Made by a program: the position numbers and the translations under genes. Of a stretch of 64,000 nucleotides of DNA, positions 29,033-38,968 are shown one piece after another. Each line of letters opens with the position of its first letter. The first letter of the stretch is position 1. The notes beneath the pieces were generated by a model. The model saw nothing but the letters and a program-made list of their open reading frames with translations, ran no database searches and had not been told where the DNA came from. The stretch spans positions 672,001 to 736,000 of the forward strand of contig CAXXNF010000001.1 in assembly GCA_963666365.2 (NCBI GenBank). Reading direction: 5' to 3'. Origin of the DNA: Syntrophales bacterium (GTDB lineage: Bacteria; Desulfobacterota; Syntrophia; Syntrophales; UBA2210).

Positions 29033-30178
29033 TTATTTGAAGGATATATATATCGCCTCCTGCAGACCGAATACATTGTCGCCATTGATATCTTTGTCCA
29101 TAACTATGTTTGATATGCTCAGGGGATCGACCAGAAGCCGCAAGGCGAGCACCGCATCCGCCATATCGATTGCACTGTCGTTATTCAGATCAGCCCCGAA
29201 ATGGGGGGACGCCTCTCCCCCCGCCGAGAAAAGAAAGGTGGTGTCAATATGCTTCTGAGCGCTCATGCCGCCGAAAAACAGGACATCGATAGAAAGATAG
29301 GGATTTTTCTGGTCGTGTAGCACCGCCGATGCCCCGCAAGAATAGGGAAAGGGCATCCTGTTCTCTCTCTGTGACAGGGTTTTCGCTGTGGTGTTATAGT
29401 CATAGACAATATCGCTTTCAACACCTCCTTCGGCAACTCCCCCGAAAATAATAATAATTTTCTCACCCTGTTCGTTGTCTCTCACCGCGGAAGCAGCATG
29501 CCCCCAAATCGGCGGACCGCCTTCTTGTGCGTTCCATTTTTTCGTGGAAACGTTGTAGGTAACAACCTTTCCCGGTTCATCGAAAATGAAAATAGTGTCT
29601 CCCGCGAGCTCCGCCGAATGGTTTGAGAATGCGAAGGGGCAAGGGAGCGATGTGTACGATTTGTCAGGGTTCAGCTTCCAGCAGTCGTGAAAGGAGTTTC
29701 CCTCGGTATCCGTTCCGCCCATAAGAATGACACTGCCGTCGGAAAGGACGGTGGCCGAATGTCCATGCCTCGGGGAGGGTTTCGTCTCGGAAGTCTGCTC
29801 TTCATTCCACTCATTCTTCCCTGGATCGAATGACCACAGATCATTCATCAGTTGCTGATTTCTTCCCGCGCCACCGTGTATGTAAAGCTTCCCGTCAATG
29901 TACCAGGCGCGGTGCCCTCTTCGGGCCGGCGGGAGTTTTACTGGAGGGTTTATGGGGCTCCATGATCCGCTGTCATAGGCAAAAAGATCGTTATAAATAT
30001 CCTGCGCGTCGTTTTCTCAGCCGAACATGATGATCCTGCCGTCGGGCAGCGTGGTCATGGTATGCCTGGCACGTGCTGAAGGAGGATCTGCGGCCTGCAA
30101 CGTCCGCCAGTCTCCTTCGGCATGAAGATTCGTGATAAACCCAAAGAAGGACGCACATACCAGCATCACTGTTTTCAT
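29033..30178 (-). pseudogene. Secreted Kelch-repeat protein with C-terminal dockerin-like domain; one in-frame TGA at 30017-30019
   Basis: GGAGG RBS and signal peptide; reads IMFG*ENDAQDIYNDLF...IHGGAG...MNDLWSF in one frame; the TGA sits at the second Gly of a Kelch GG motif. Confidence 0.8.
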
Positions 30179-30244
30179 GGATGAGTCCTCCCGCTGCAAA
30201 AAGATAGTATCCAATGCACAGGCATACTTCATCTTTCGTGTCCC

Positions 30245-33200
30245 TCAATTCTCCATAGTACCGAGAAGGAACACCGCATCTCCCAGATCAATTCTGTCGT
30301 TCCCGGTGATGTCGGCCAGGGTTGTATCCAGCTCATCGGGACCTTTATTGACAATGATCCTCAGGATCGTGATCAAATCCGCCAGATCGGCAACGCCGTC
30401 GCCGTTGATGTCGCCCCAGCTGACCGTGCGTTCCGCCCGAAGGGGATAGCGGTGAAGCTGGGTTACTCCCGACGCCGCCTGAAAGAGCGCCGTCAGCTCC
30501 AGGGCGCCCTCCGTTCCGATGCACTGGAGATGGGGCTGACGAAAATCACCCTCGACAGGGGCGGCAATCTTTCTGAAGCCCCGGATGACCATGTTACTCA
30601 GGTCGACACCCCTGTAACAGAGATGCGTCCAATACCCGTCGCTTTCGGTCCAGGCCGCAACGAGATATTCCTTCCCGCCGTCACCGGCCGCTACCAGCGA
30701 AAGCTCCCGGGGCGCGGCGCCGGGAATGAGATTCTCATACTCCGCCCAGGCGCCCGTTCCTCCATCCCGGTAAAAAACCCCGATGCCGCCATTCTTCATT
30801 GCATAGGCAAGATAGGTCCGGTTGTTGTAACGGCAGAAGGCAAGTCCGCTGCCCGCCGACTCCCAGATGAGCAGGGAATCGGAAACTGCATCGGCCCACT
30901 CGATGAGGCGGAGCCCTCCCCTGTCGTCCCGATATGCCACCAGCGTGGGCCGCCGGGTAAGGTCATCGCTGCCGAGGGCATCAAAGCGTTCCAGGGCGGA
31001 CGGCGTCAGACTCAGGGGTGCGGACCAGGCGCTGCCGTTCCACAGCACGGCGCTGATGCCGGAACTGCCGGCGGCCGGCCCTTCTTTCTTTTCGCTGTAG
31101 ATCAGCGCGACGCTGTCGCCGTGGGGGACGAGCGTGGCGGCATCGGCCACATTCTCCAGGACAAGAACCGGCGCGGCGGCCGACCACTGGCTCCCTTCAG
31201 CATCCCCCAGGGCGTACATGAGTTTCGACGGTGGATAGAGTCCCTCTGCCTGATCCCGGGCAATCTCGGTCCAGAGCACAAGCCAGCCGCCCTGCGGAAG
31301 GGCAATGGCGTCGGCGGCCACCACGATACCCTGCACGGAAGCGACGGCGACCGGCGCACCCCGGCTCTGATCGCCTTTGCGCAGCGACGCCTTCAGCACC
31401 ATATCGCCCCCGGAGACGGCCATGTCGGTATAGAGCAGCAGGTCGCCGTCCGGCCGCGAGGCGCCCTGCGACAGGAGCAGGGGTAATGCCTTGTCAACAA
31501 CAACAGTAAGCTCATTTTTGAATTCCGCGGGGGTGCCGGCCGTCAGGTCCTGACGCTGGAGGGAAATTTCCATTTCAATGAGATCCATGGACGACTCCGT
31601 GCCGAACTGATGGTCGATTGGCCAGAGCTTCCAGAACCAGAGTTTTCTGAACTTCACCATCCATGCCTGCAGGTAGGCCTCCAGTGTGCCCCGCAAATCC
31701 CCCTTGATCTGTTTTATGATCGGCCAATCGGCATTGGGATTCACATCGATGAGCAGGGACGGGACGCCTGACCAGGGAGCGTCATCTCCGGAAACCTGTA
31801 CGGCGCCCTTGGCCCCCAGGACTCCCTTGAATGCGCTTACATGCATGCCGACGCCAAAATTAAAGGCGATCTCCAGCTTTTGGGGCTTCTCGGGATCCTG
31901 CTGTTTCGCCAGATAGGCAATTCCCGCTTCATCACCGCCGAGGAAATGCCGACGGCGCTGTTTCGTCCCGAGGTCGGGCTGTGATATATACGACGACGCC
32001 GTCGAATGTTCCTCCTCGTGGGGGAAGGTGGTTTTGAATCCGCTCAGGGAACGAACCCCGAGCAGCCCGCTGGTCGTCGCTCTGATGTCCGCGGCGCCCG
32101 TCTTGTAGATCATGAGATATATCACAGGGCCTATCTTGGGAATGTATTTCAGGTAGGGGAAGATGCTCGCCGACACCTCGACACCGGCGCTGCCTTCGAC
32201 GCCGTAAAAGACGGCCTGCTCGCAGGGTCTGTTGGCAGGATCGAATTTCACACTGTAGAGGCTCTGAAATGCGCCTCGCGGCGTCGGCGTCAGCTTTACA
32301 TCCAGCCCTTCCACATTCTTCATGAATGAGGGTGTGTAGTCCCCTTTGTTGACACTCTGTGGGGCAATGCCTCCCTTCAATCTCACGTAAAACTCTCTGG
32401 CTTCCCCCTTAAGCGTGGCCTCCACACCGCCGAAGAGGCTCAGTCCCATGAACCCCGGCGCCAAGCCGAGGATGCCGCCCAGGGAGTTGGCCATGCCTTC
32501 CTTGACCTGCGTGTCAATGCTGTAGATGTAATCAATGCTGTTGGTGGCCCGCAGGATCACTTTGCCCGTGAAGGTGGGAAGCGCGATGATTTTCCCCTCG
32601 GGCAGAAACTCTCTCAAGTCTTTATCTATCATGACCTGGGCGCCTGAAACGGCCCCCATGATCTCCGCCATGCCGGCAAAGAAAGGCGGCAGTCGGATCC
32701 CTGTCAGCTCCTTGCCCTTCCAGTTGCCCGTGTATTCATGCTGATAGATATGAACCGCGCCCAGAGCAGTCACCACGAAAAAGGCCGGACGAAACTGGTC
32801 CGGCGGGAGTTGCCAGAGCTTGACCTGCCCCGTGACCCTGGTAATGTCCGGATTGTCGCCATCGACAGTAAAATCCGTCACACGCCGATAGTAGACATTC
32901 TTGAACCCCTCCGCCTGAAGGCGTATATTTTCAAGAAAGGCCCTCGCCTCGAAGGGTTCCGGCGCCGGCGGCGGGGCAAGCATAAGAGGAGGTTCGTCAT
33001 AGCGGTTCTTCGAAAAGCTCTTCATGTCGATCAGCCAGACTTCCTTTACGCTGTCCTTGAGAACGAAGGTCCGGTCCGCACCGGGCGAACCATCGGGGCG
33101 ATCAAAGTCCGGCAGTGTAAACGTGTATTCTTTTTGCCCCAGTCCCACATCGAGGCGCCAGGTCATGGTGAGGGCGCCGGCAGCGGTGAACTCGTTGAAT

Positions 33201-36200
33201 AGGTGCTGGTTCCCCGACCTCTTCACTCCCGGAAGAAAGGCGCCCCAGCGGTTCATCGTCAGGGTGTCTGAGGCAATGAGGGGTTTTTTAAGCGGTGTCA
33301 GCGTGAGGGCGTTGTCGCCTTCCAGAATGAACTGGCCTCTTTCAGGATAGTCGGGATAGGGGACGGCATCGCCGGGCCTGAGCAGCTTTCCAAAAGGTTC
33401 GAACCCGTCTGCGCGGACCTGAAGCAGATAGGGCACATTTCGCGACAATCCGAAATCGAAGGTTCCATCCGTGTGTGTCAACGTTGAATATGAGAGTCCC
33501 TGTGCAACTATTTCCACGGTGGCGCCCGGCACATTTTTTCCGGTCTCGCTGTTGACCACGACGCCCTTCAGATAATTGGATCGCTGCATGTAGGCGGTGT
33601 ACAGCAGCATCTGCTTCCCTTCCACGGTGACGAAGGTGAGGGAGTCGTAGCCGGTTACACGGATCCATGCCTTGTGGGCGACCGACGGACAGAGGGAAGT
33701 GGTCCCGAAGGTGATCTCGGCGCCCTCAATCAATTCGTTCGGATTGTCAATATTTCTCACCTCCACCAGCATGTCGTAATAAGGCTGTGGCGGCGGGCTC
33801 AGCGGCGTTCTTTCGTCCCCTCCCTTATAAATCTCATAGGACTCTTGATCAGCATCGTAACGCAGTGAGTGCCAGACATAGCCATCCCCGTCGCGAGGTT
33901 CTTCCCATTTGCCGGCTTCGTACATTGCAGATCTCTTATACCACATCACTATGCCGGTCTCAGAGATGGCACTGGTCCGGAGGCGTGTAAATAATCGATT
34001 CCCCAGATTGCCGTAACTGAAATATTGGGGGTGTGCCACGCCCAGCAGTACGTACTTCCCCAGAGCGGCAGACCATTCATATACATCAATGTCCACCTGC
34101 GAAGCCTTGATTTCCAGTTCCGCGCTGAGGGGATGGTGGGACAGGGGGAAGAGACCCTGGTAAGGACTGTCCCATTCACTAAAGTTTTCCGGAAACTGGG
34201 TGTCCGGGAAGACACCCGGATCGGGAAAGTCATACCAGACAAATGTATCGCTGATCGCGCTATACCACTTTTTTAAACTTCCCGGCTTTATGGTGTAATC
34301 GGGATGGTTGAATTCGACGGTATAGCTGCCGGGTGTTGTGCCCACCAGTGAAGCGAAGTGGGTATACCCCTCAGCACGTTTCATGTCGGGAAAGGCGGCG
34401 CTGATATTTTCGGGACCCTTTAAATTCAGATAATGTTCACCCTCGTTATGAAAATAATAGGACAAATGGCCCGTTTCCCCCGACGTACGGTTTAATAATT
34501 CAAACATTGTGTTCTGCACAGAAACATTCAAGCTGAAGAAGAACTGCTTTTGGGGCAGCAGGAACCATCCTTCCAGACGCTGTCCCGATGAAAGACCTAC
34601 GCCGCCGATGCCGCCCGGCATAGACCAGCCTGAGTCCCATTTGGGAAATGCATACCCCTGCATAAACATCTCAGCCGATTTTTTACTGTAGGGCCACTCC
34701 TGATAATAGGGCCAACTGAGGTGTCTCCTGAAATTTGTTCCATTTGCACAATCTTCCAGGGTCAGTGCGCCGCCGAAATAATCGGTCAAGCCGGGAATGA
34801 CCACGCCATACAGGCCGGGGAGAAGGGATACCGTGAACGCACCCTTGTCATCGGTTATTACCTCAATCAGCCGGCACTCGGCGGGCATGTGGGACGCATA
34901 ATACTGGGAGGCGCGGATTTCCACTTTCTGGCGGGGCGCGGTATGCCAATCGAGACAATCTTGTTGATAATTCTGCGTGAAGTAATTATACGCGCCATCC
35001 TTGATGCCTACAAGGTGGAGGATGCCGGTAAACGTCATGGGCTCCGGCGTGAGGAACATCTGAATTTCGCGGTGTGCATCGGCGACCGCATCCACATATT
35101 CCACGGAGGTAAAATGCACGGAAAATCGATTCGACGGTCTGAAATCGCGTTTGTTCTGAAGGACGACGTCCTGAATGTCTTCCCCCTCGACCAGTATCGG
35201 AACCGTTTTAATGACACTGTCGTCCACCGTCATGAGGTAATTTCCCGGCAGGAGTTTGTCGAAGACAACCACGGCCCGGTCCTTTTCGGTTTCGTGGACG
35301 ACACTGCGGATCCGATTTATGCCGGCGGTGTTGCTGTCTTTCAGGCCCTGAAGGCGCACTTTAAGGCCGACCAGCATATCCGGGTCGTTGTAGGGACTGC
35401 TGACGATAACGGTGAGTTGCGTATCCTGAAGGGCCATATTGATGCGCACCGCATCGTTCGGCAGGGATTCAACGGTGGTTTCACTGAGCGCATAACCCAG
35501 GCGCTTGCCCCGCAGGCGCCAGTGAACGTGCGGAAGGCCCTCAAACAACACCTTGCCGAACATGTTGTGGTTCCAATTCGGGTCGTTCGCCTTCAAGAGG
35601 CCGCTGATCCCCACCTGGGCGGGTACGAGCACGTTCGTCGGGTCGTCGGGGTGGACTCCCTCGCACTCAACAATTACGGATTCAAGAATCTGGCCATCTC
35701 TTTCGGTGACGGGATTGAATCCATAGACCGACGCGATGATCCGGCTGGTTTCCGGCTTCAGCCGCACCGCAGCCCAGTGAGGGCCGGTCACTTCCTTGCC
35801 CACGTCCTCACTGTAGGATTCCCACCCAAAAATGCGATTGTCGCCCTCGTTAATGGAAAAGCGGTAGGCGCCACGGGGCATGCCCCCGAACTGTACAAAT
35901 CCCAAATCGTCGGTGGCGCCTGTCACCACGACGGCGCCGCTGCCAGATGAGGGCGCCACGGTCACGGCGACGGGGACATGTTTCAGTTTCATGCCTGTCG
36001 TGACGCAGGAAACCTCCACAAATATGTCGAAGAACGCCTCAGTGTCCTTCCGGGCAAGCTCCGCCTGCCAGCGGTTCTGCTGACCGGCGGCAATGGAGAT
36101 TCCGCTCTCGCCATTGGCGAGGTAGGCAGGGTGCCGTGTCTCCACGCTGTAGGTCCCCGGCTCGATGTTGTCCATGCGATACAGGCCGAAACCGTCCGTC

Positions 36201-36415
36201 CGGGTTGTATAAGTCCGTTCACCGGAGAGGGCGTTGACGGAAGCGCCGTCTATGGGGAGTTTCGTCTCTTCATCCACAATCATGCCGTAGAGGCTCGCCT
36301 GCTGCGCGTCCTGGGCGAAGGCGGTCTCTCCGATGGCGCAGAGACCCGAGAGAAGCAGCATGCATATAACAGTACCCCACCGAAACCACGTTGTTGTCTT
36401 TGAACCTGACGTCAT
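30245..36415 (-). CDS. Large secreted protein (~2050 aa): carboxypeptidase-regulatory-like domains, C-terminal beta-rich region and dockerin-like domain
   Basis: Signal peptide; LYGMIVDEETKLPIDGASV and LKGVVVNSETGKNVPGATV; GDINGDGVADLAD...ADITGNDRIDLGD. Confidence 0.8.
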   Translation of the reverse strand: MTSGSKTTTWFRWGTVICMLLLSGLCAIGETAFAQDAQQASLYGMIVDEETKLPIDGASVNALSGERTYTTRTDGFGLYRMDNIEPGTYSVETRHPAYLANGESGISIAAGQQNRWQAELARKDTEAFFDIFVEVSCVTTGMKLKHVPVAVTVAPSSGSGAVVVTGATDDLGFVQFGGMPRGAYRFSINEGDNRIFGWESYSEDVGKEVTGPHWAAVRLKPETSRIIASVYGFNPVTERDGQILESVIVECEGVHPDDPTNVLVPAQVGISGLLKANDPNWNHNMFGKVLFEGLPHVHWRLRGKRLGYALSETTVESLPNDAVRINMALQDTQLTVIVSSPYNDPDMLVGLKVRLQGLKDSNTAGINRIRSVVHETEKDRAVVVFDKLLPGNYLMTVDDSVIKTVPILVEGEDIQDVVLQNKRDFRPSNRFSVHFTSVEYVDAVADAHREIQMFLTPEPMTFTGILHLVGIKDGAYNYFTQNYQQDCLDWHTAPRQKVEIRASQYYASHMPAECRLIEVITDDKGAFTVSLLPGLYGVVIPGLTDYFGGALTLEDCANGTNFRRHLSWPYYQEWPYSKKSAEMFMQGYAFPKWDSGWSMPGGIGGVGLSSGQRLEGWFLLPQKQFFFSLNVSVQNTMFELLNRTSGETGHLSYYFHNEGEHYLNLKGPENISAAFPDMKRAEGYTHFASLVGTTPGSYTVEFNHPDYTIKPGSLKKWYSAISDTFVWYDFPDPGVFPDTQFPENFSEWDSPYQGLFPLSHHPLSAELEIKASQVDIDVYEWSAALGKYVLLGVAHPQYFSYGNLGNRLFTRLRTSAISETGIVMWYKRSAMYEAGKWEEPRDGDGYVWHSLRYDADQESYEIYKGGDERTPLSPPPQPYYDMLVEVRNIDNPNELIEGAEITFGTTSLCPSVAHKAWIRVTGYDSLTFVTVEGKQMLLYTAYMQRSNYLKGVVVNSETGKNVPGATVEIVAQGLSYSTLTHTDGTFDFGLSRNVPYLLQVRADGFEPFGKLLRPGDAVPYPDYPERGQFILEGDNALTLTPLKKPLIASDTLTMNRWGAFLPGVKRSGNQHLFNEFTAAGALTMTWRLDVGLGQKEYTFTLPDFDRPDGSPGADRTFVLKDSVKEVWLIDMKSFSKNRYDEPPLMLAPPPAPEPFEARAFLENIRLQAEGFKNVYYRRVTDFTVDGDNPDITRVTGQVKLWQLPPDQFRPAFFVVTALGAVHIYQHEYTGNWKGKELTGIRLPPFFAGMAEIMGAVSGAQVMIDKDLREFLPEGKIIALPTFTGKVILRATNSIDYIYSIDTQVKEGMANSLGGILGLAPGFMGLSLFGGVEATLKGEAREFYVRLKGGIAPQSVNKGDYTPSFMKNVEGLDVKLTPTPRGAFQSLYSVKFDPANRPCEQAVFYGVEGSAGVEVSASIFPYLKYIPKIGPVIYLMIYKTGAADIRATTSGLLGVRSLSGFKTTFPHEEEHSTASSYISQPDLGTKQRRRHFLGGDEAGIAYLAKQQDPEKPQKLEIAFNFGVGMHVSAFKGVLGAKGAVQVSGDDAPWSGVPSLLIDVNPNADWPIIKQIKGDLRGTLEAYLQAWMVKFRKLWFWKLWPIDHQFGTESSMDLIEMEISLQRQDLTAGTPAEFKNELTVVVDKALPLLLSQGASRPDGDLLLYTDMAVSGGDMVLKASLRKGDQSRGAPVAVASVQGIVVAADAIALPQGGWLVLWTEIARDQAEGLYPPSKLMYALGDAEGSQWSAAAPVLVLENVADAATLVPHGDSVALIYSEKKEGPAAGSSGISAVLWNGSAWSAPLSLTPSALERFDALGSDDLTRRPTLVAYRDDRGGLRLIEWADAVSDSLLIWESAGSGLAFCRYNNRTYLAYAMKNGGIGVFYRDGGTGAWAEYENLIPGAAPRELSLVAAGDGGKEYLVAAWTESDGYWTHLCYRGVDLSNMVIRGFRKIAAPVEGDFRQPHLQCIGTEGALELTALFQAASGVTQLHRYPLRAERTVSWGDINGDGVADLADLITILRIIVNKGPDELDTTLADITGNDRIDLGDAVFLLGTMEN

Positions 36416-36898
36416 CCTATGAATCCTTTCTTCCGAGAGACGGATTACAGGCGGCACGGGGTCATTCGATCAATAGAACCCTTCTGTCCATCGTCGCGCT
36501 CCCCGGTGTCCTCGCGTTGTCTCGGATAACGTACTACGGTTGGTTGCAAATGTTCTGTTTTATGGGATAGTTATCTACGGAAACTGATTGTTGCGGTGCC
36601 ATTATAAAAGAAGCAAAATTGTACGTCAACAGGAAAGAACAGGGGGAAATAGTGAGGGCTTCTCGGTGGCATTTTTTGTAAATATTATCCGAAGGGGGGT
36701 TATCGGACCGAAAAGCTCAGTCAATTCCTGCCGCACTTCCACAATTGCCCACACCGCTTCGGCGGAAATTCGATGGCCGGACCTTCCCGAGTTTACCCTG
36801 CCTACCCGTCCGCAGCGGTCCATGGCAGCGAGCCTATCGCTGGGCTTCGACCATTACTCGGCAGCATTGTCAAAACAAATACGTCCCATAAATATTGT

Positions 36899-36931
36899 TT
36901 GACATATAAATTTGAAGTTGTAATATACAAC
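36899..36931 (+). promoter_or_regulatory. sigma70 promoter overlapped by a palindromic operator (marR-hgcAB)
   Basis: TTGACA 36899-36904, TAATAT 36921-36926; palindrome GTTGTA-ATA-TACAAC 36917-36931. Confidence 0.6.
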
Positions 36932-36935
36932 CATT

Positions 36936-37418
36936 ATGCGCAACTCGATACACTACTCCCAGGAATTGCTCTTTCTTTTGGCGGAACTTTCCCGGGCTGT
37001 GCGCTTCTGCCGACAGGACGCGGTTTTTTGCGAAGGTGTAAGCTTCACCCAGTTTCTCATCCTCGACACGATCGCTGAGGGTAAGGGTGTTACCATGACC
37101 GACCTCAACACGATTCTTTCCATTGAAAAGAGCACCGGCACGCGTCTGGTAAAACCGCTGATCGACAAAAACCTGGTGGAACGGAAGCAATCGGACAAGG
37201 ATCGGCGGACAGTCCTTTTGGAGCTGACCCAAGAGGGGATCGCAACACACAGGCGGGTATGGGATTGTTTCATCGGTTTCGCGGAAACAATAAAAAAGGA
37301 GATACCGGAAGATAAAAGCGAACAAATACGCAACGCATTAAGAATTTTTGCGCGGGCTGTGCGTACCGCATCATCGGCCTGTACCTGCTGCGATCTTTCG
37401 GAAGAATTAACACAATGA
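36936..37418 (+). CDS. MarR-family transcriptional regulator with Cys-rich C-terminus (CTCC)
   Basis: TQFLIL, IEKSTGTRLVKPL, DKDRRTVLLELTQEG winged helix. Confidence 0.9.
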   Translation: MRNSIHYSQELLFLLAELSRAVRFCRQDAVFCEGVSFTQFLILDTIAEGKGVTMTDLNTILSIEKSTGTRLVKPLIDKNLVERKQSDKDRRTVLLELTQEGIATHRRVWDCFIGFAETIKKEIPEDKSEQIRNALRIFARAVRTASSACTCCDLSEELTQ

Positions 37419-38602
37419 AACAATTTACAATAATAGATCCGAAGAGCCTAAAATCGGCCAATGGCGTTCCGTACATGGCGTCGGTCAACGAGAAGCCTGA
37501 ACCAACCTGAGGACCCACATGCGGGGTTCAGGTGAACCCGCTTCCACCGCCGAGGATTGATCAACCTTTTGTAGAAAAGGCTTTTGACACCGCAATAGGT
37601 TGTGTGCCTCAGGTCCTGTCATGCCTCACCTGGCGTGACCACGCAGGAACGCTTCGTGTACGATCGAACATAGGCCGTTTTCGTTATATCGTCGATCCAG
37701 GGCTTTATGCTCTGGGAACACCGGACGAAACTTCTCCCGTTCTGATAACGGCAAATTATAAATTAAGTTTTGACATCCTTCGTTCGTCTCTTCCGGAACG
37801 ACATGCCTGGATTCTTGTCCTGGACACGCGGGGAATCAACGTCTGGTGCGCCGCCGGAAAGGGCACTTTCAGTACCGAAGAGCTGGTCTGGCGGATTGCC
37901 GAAAGCGGTTTAACCAACGTGGTCTCTCATAAAAAAATCATCCTGCCGCAGCTAAGCGCCCCCGGCATTGCAGCGCATCTTGTGAAAAAGCGAAGCGGCT
38001 TTACAGTTCACTACGGACCGGTGCATGCGAAAGACCTTCCCGCCTACCTCGATGGGGGTTTGAAGGCCACGCCCGCCATGCGCCGCATGACATTCTCGCT
38101 GAGAGAACGGGCACTTTTAATACCGGTTGAACTGGCGTTGGCCCTTAAGGTCGGCTGTATCATTGCCGCAGTGTTTGTCCTTATGGGCGGTTTGGGAGGA
38201 CCAGCCCAATACTGGAACAATGTCGCACACTACGGTCTATATGCGGGACTCGCTTTTATCTGCAGCGTCCTGGCCGGAACGATTTTGATCCCCCTTTTAC
38301 TGCCCGTAATTCCGGGAAGGGCCTTTTCACTAAAGGGTATTATAGTGGGGCTGGGAATGGCATGCGCTCTGCTCCTCTTTCGGAATCCCGACATAAATGG
38401 CTGGTCGGGACTTCTGGAAACGATAGGCGTTGTCTTCTTTGTCACAGCCGTCACCGCCTACCTGGCGATGAATTTTACCGGCTCGTCAACCTACACCTCT
38501 CTCTCGGGGGTCAGAAAAGAGATGCGCTGGGCACTTCCCTTTGAAATCATCGCAGGCTCGGCAGGCTTTCTTATCTGGCTGGGCTCACGTTTTACAGCAT
38601 AG
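37415..38602 (+). CDS. hgcA: Mercury methylation corrinoid protein HgcA, probably with selenocysteine at codon 32 (TGA 37508-37510)
   Basis: Cap-helix motif GINVWCAAGKG, TANYKLSFD, LPQLSAPG, C-terminal TM domain with NFTGSSTYTSLSGV; followed by hgcB; ATG at 37415 overlaps the marR stop (ATGA) and is in frame through the TGA. Confidence 0.93.
37521..37541 (+). promoter_or_regulatory. Putative bacterial SECIS element
   Basis: GCGGG-G(bulge)-TTC-[AGGT]-GAA-CCCGC hairpin starting 10 nt after the in-frame TGA. Confidence 0.7.
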
Positions 38603-38616
38603 GAGAAGTATGAAAG

Positions 38617-38898
38617 ATGGCACAACTGGCATATTTGAGAAATGTAGCCACTCTCGCTCTCAATGAGAAGAAATGCACCGGCTGCGGCGTCTGTCTCGAT
38701 GTCTGCCCCCATGAGGTGCTCGCCATGAATGGCAGTCGTCGAATCACCATTATAGATCTCGATGCCTGCATGGAATGCGGGGCCTGTATGCGCAACTGCC
38801 CTGCGGAAGCCCTTTTCGTCCAGACCGGCGTAGGATGCGCCGCGGCCGTGATCAATTCGCTTCTGGGCCTGAAAGGTTTCTGCTGCACTATCGAATGA
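38617..38898 (+). CDS. hgcB: Mercury methylation 2[4Fe-4S] ferredoxin HgcB
   Basis: CTGCGVCLDVCPH, CMECGACMRNCP, GVGCAA and a vicinal CC near the C-terminus; 14 bp downstream of hgcA. Confidence 0.93.
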   Translation: MAQLAYLRNVATLALNEKKCTGCGVCLDVCPHEVLAMNGSRRITIIDLDACMECGACMRNCPAEALFVQTGVGCAAAVINSLLGLKGFCCTIE

Positions 38899-38968
38899 AA
38901 CGAGTGTTCGGGAAAAAAGAGAGTTAACGACTGACTGCTTCCTCACTTCGGAGCATAGGAGGAAAAGG

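Noticed and set aside
30017..30019. TGA as selenocysteine or a reassigned Gly codon
   Set aside because: The position is a Kelch structural Gly with no evident SECIS, and many genes here use TGA as a normal stop.
34721..35950. Long antisense ORFs (this 409-aa one, also 30452-31486, 8783-9748, 46818-47957, 39362-40288)
   Set aside because: They are shadows on the opposite strand of well-supported GC-rich genes and have no recognisable motifs.
36588..36902. Short ORFs or an ncRNA upstream of marR
   Set aside because: No RBS, motif or convincing structure; I could not support a call.
37532..38602. CdhD/AcsC corrinoid Fe-S protein instead of HgcA
   Set aside because: The cap-helix Cys motif NVWCAAGKG, the C-terminal TM domain and the adjacent hgcB are diagnostic of HgcA.
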